Assembly: GCA_051294905.1 (NCBI GenBank)
Contig: CM119372.1
Location: 36,518,001 to 36,582,000, forward strand
DNA: 64,000 nucleotides
From: Botryllus schlosseri
Lineage: Eukaryota
Direction of reading: 5' to 3'
In this document: positions 61,359-64,000 of the stretch, in pieces
How positions within the stretch are numbered: the stretch's first letter is position 1
Layout of the letters: every line of letters begins with the position of its first letter
Made by a program: the position numbers and the translations under genes
The notes under the pieces: generated by a model
Seen by the model: only the letters and a program-made list of their open reading frames with translations
What the model was told of the DNA's origin: nothing
Database searches by the model: none

Positions 61359-64000
61359 TCAAAATCCCAACACCCGAAAAGTAAGTAGCTAAAACTGTTG
61401 AAGCGGAGGTAGTCTGAAACACAACGACTCATATAGCACAGATGGACAAATCCTAATCGAGTACATCGGATAGAGTTGCATCCTTGAAATCGTTATTTCC
61501 TCAACAAATCGATACAAAAATGGATCTGCATGGAAATAAACCTGAATATGTTCTGATGACACTCGTTATGGAAAGCTAAATTCGCCTGCCCACATCCCCA
61601 ACAGAACATATTGACAATTAATATCAGACATATACTACAGAAATACCCATTTACTCGAATGGTACCATGTCTGAAATACTGTAGTGTAGGCGAATCAGTG
61701 TCTACTGATCCTGACAGTCACCGTTTAAACAGGTTTTTGCCGGGTCAACTGTGATCGGACACGGTTCATCTGCTACTTGCAGACTTATACGCGCGGGGGT
61801 TGAAAAAAAAAAATGGCTCGGATGCTATGTCAGCTCAGGGCGACAATTCGAAGTTTTAAACGATACGGTTGGTACGTAAAGCCTCGTTATTCCCGCGTAT
61901 TGTGAGGGTAAAACCGATGCTAAAATAAGTCGTCTGAAGGGTATACCGAAAGCCTCTTTGCACTGCGGGTGAACTTATCGCATAGCATTTCACAGCTCTG
62001 CGGCGTGTCCGAATCGTGGTCAACTCTAGTCAAGCCTAACAGCTCCGCTATCGTCGCATGATACGGAGGGGGTCGCTAAACTTTTATAAACTAGTAAAAG
62101 TAAGTGGCTTCCTAAAGAAGGCTAGCCACATTGATAACTTGGTGCTATCTTTTCTGGTTGCAAAGTAAGAATTTCCTCTTGAATTGCTCCGAAAGCCCGA
62201 AACTATTCATCAAACTTCACTATCCCATCAATTACAAGCGCTACCATGCAGTGGAAGATTCACTATTTCGCCACATTTCCACATCATGATGACATAACCT
62301 GACCCTTAGCTGATTTGTGACTGATATTTGTGAGTTGGACTTGGGCGTGACCTTTTTAGAATTACTCAGACTCGGGCTAACCCGATGGTAAAATGGAAAT
62401 GACTCGAGTGGACTCAGATTGACTCGGAATATACCGTTAATTTATCGGAACCATGAACGCAACGAACTAGACGCGTATCAGGCGAATAGTAATAGATCAG
62501 AAAGTCGCAGCTTGGTATTTCGCTATTTAAGTAAGTAGTTATGACAACCATTGGTAATCTGTTAGTTACTTAGCCATGTTATTAAGGCCACTTAAAGGTA
62601 CCGAGTACCGTAGTGGTACGCTCAAACGATGTAACAACAATGGCCCGTTCGGCGTTCCGACATTTTAATCACTAGGACAGATTCATTATTATATTTATAT
62701 TATATTATATATATTTATGTTTGCTACTATTTGAGGATATTTGGCCATGAGAATAATAGCCTACTTATCAGAAGCATACACGAATCCTGGATTGGAATTA
62801 CAATGCTCATGCTCGAGTTAAAAATGTTTTGATATGAGATCAGTGACATAGAATACACCTATCAATGCTGCGGCGTCGTCAAAACGGGAAAATTAGCCCA
62901 TGAGCACATTTGAGACCTCTACACTATAGACAGTCTATACGAATAAGTCTGCATATCTCTGAATGACTACCTCAGATATAAAAATAGCTCGATCATTTCT
63001 CAATGTATAAAAACACTTGGTGATTCGTGATCCACCACGTCTGGTATCTAGGGAGCACTATGTTTGATATAGATTACAGAAATATAGGAAAAAATCATGC
63101 TTTATCTAGATTACACCCGTAGCAGGGAAAATTATGCTCTGTCAGCACCTACATTAGCGGGATTCAGGGTGTCTGGAACGTTTTTGCAGGTCCCCCCGTC
63201 GCGACGATCCTTTGTCGAGTTGAGATTCCCAAGTCATGCAGCGTGTTGTTTCCTAATCATATCCGCATATACCCCAAACTATTTGTTTCACTCGGTCGTT
63301 TATGGCCCCAATTAGCAGACAAAATGGACCGTCCACAGCGCTAGACAGCTAAATTACGACGCAGAGCTGTGAAATGCTATGCGATAAGTTCACCCGCAGT
63401 GCAAAGAGGCTTTCGGTATACCCTTCAGACGACTTATTTTAGCATCGGTTTTACCCTCACAATACGCGGGAATAACGAGGCTTTACGTACCAACCGTATC
63501 GTTTAAAACTTCAAATTGTCGCCCTGAGCTGACATAGCATCCGAGCCATTTTTTTTCAACCCCCGCGCGTATAAGTCTGCAAGTAGCAGATGAACCGTGT
63601 CCGATCACAGTTGACCCGGCAAAAACCTGTTTAAACGGTGACTGTCAGGATCAGTAGACACTGATTCGCCTACACTACAGTATTTCAGACATGGTACCAT
63701 TCGAGTAAATGGGTATTTCTGTAGTATATGTCTGATATTAATTGTCAATATGTTCTGTTGGGGATGTGGGCAGGCGAATTTAGCTTTCCATAACGAGTGT
63801 CATCAGAACATATTCAGGTTTATTTCCATGCAGATCCATTTTTGTATCGATTTGTTGAGGAAATAACGATTTCAAGGATGCAACTCTATCCGATGTACTC
63901 GATTAGGATTTGTCCATCTGTGCTATATGAGTCGTTGTGTTTCAGACTACCTCCGCTTCAACAGTTTTAGCTACTTACTTTTCGGGTGTTGGGATTTTGA
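61359..64000. repeat. Long near-perfect inverted repeat: 61359-62002 vs 63360-64000, 1357-bp spacer; right arm runs off the window
   Basis: Arms differ only by an A11/T8 run length and about one substitution by eye. Confidence 0.97.

Overview
Eukaryotic (animal), AT-rich, transposon-dense genomic DNA with spliceosomal introns. An ascidian or other marine invertebrate origin is inferred from the BIR and 7TM sequence styles, not proven. Host genes: intronless TOMM22 (+); 3-coding-exon IST1 (-); an intronless orphan class-A-like 7TM receptor (-); a spliced (+) gene in which a lysozyme/lytic-transglycosylase-like module appears joined across an 8.7-kb TE-filled intron to a VWA exon; a DEATH-domain ORF beside decayed BIR/IAP sequence (-). 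Mobile DNA: three full-length Ty3/Gypsy elements (one intact Mag-type with identical LTRs; one CsRn1-type with a -1 frameshift site; one defective Mag-type with a 46-nt tRNA-Leu-derived PBS and a nested solo LTR), a partial Gypsy at the left edge, a decayed ISL2EU/Harbinger-type element, about a dozen hAT elements/MITEs (most with 8-bp TSDs), foldback elements, and a near-perfect inverted repeat of at least 640 bp running off the right edge. No rRNA, complete tRNA gene or CRISPR was seen. All homology calls come from motif recognition by eye; no database search was run, and boundaries of decayed features are approximate.
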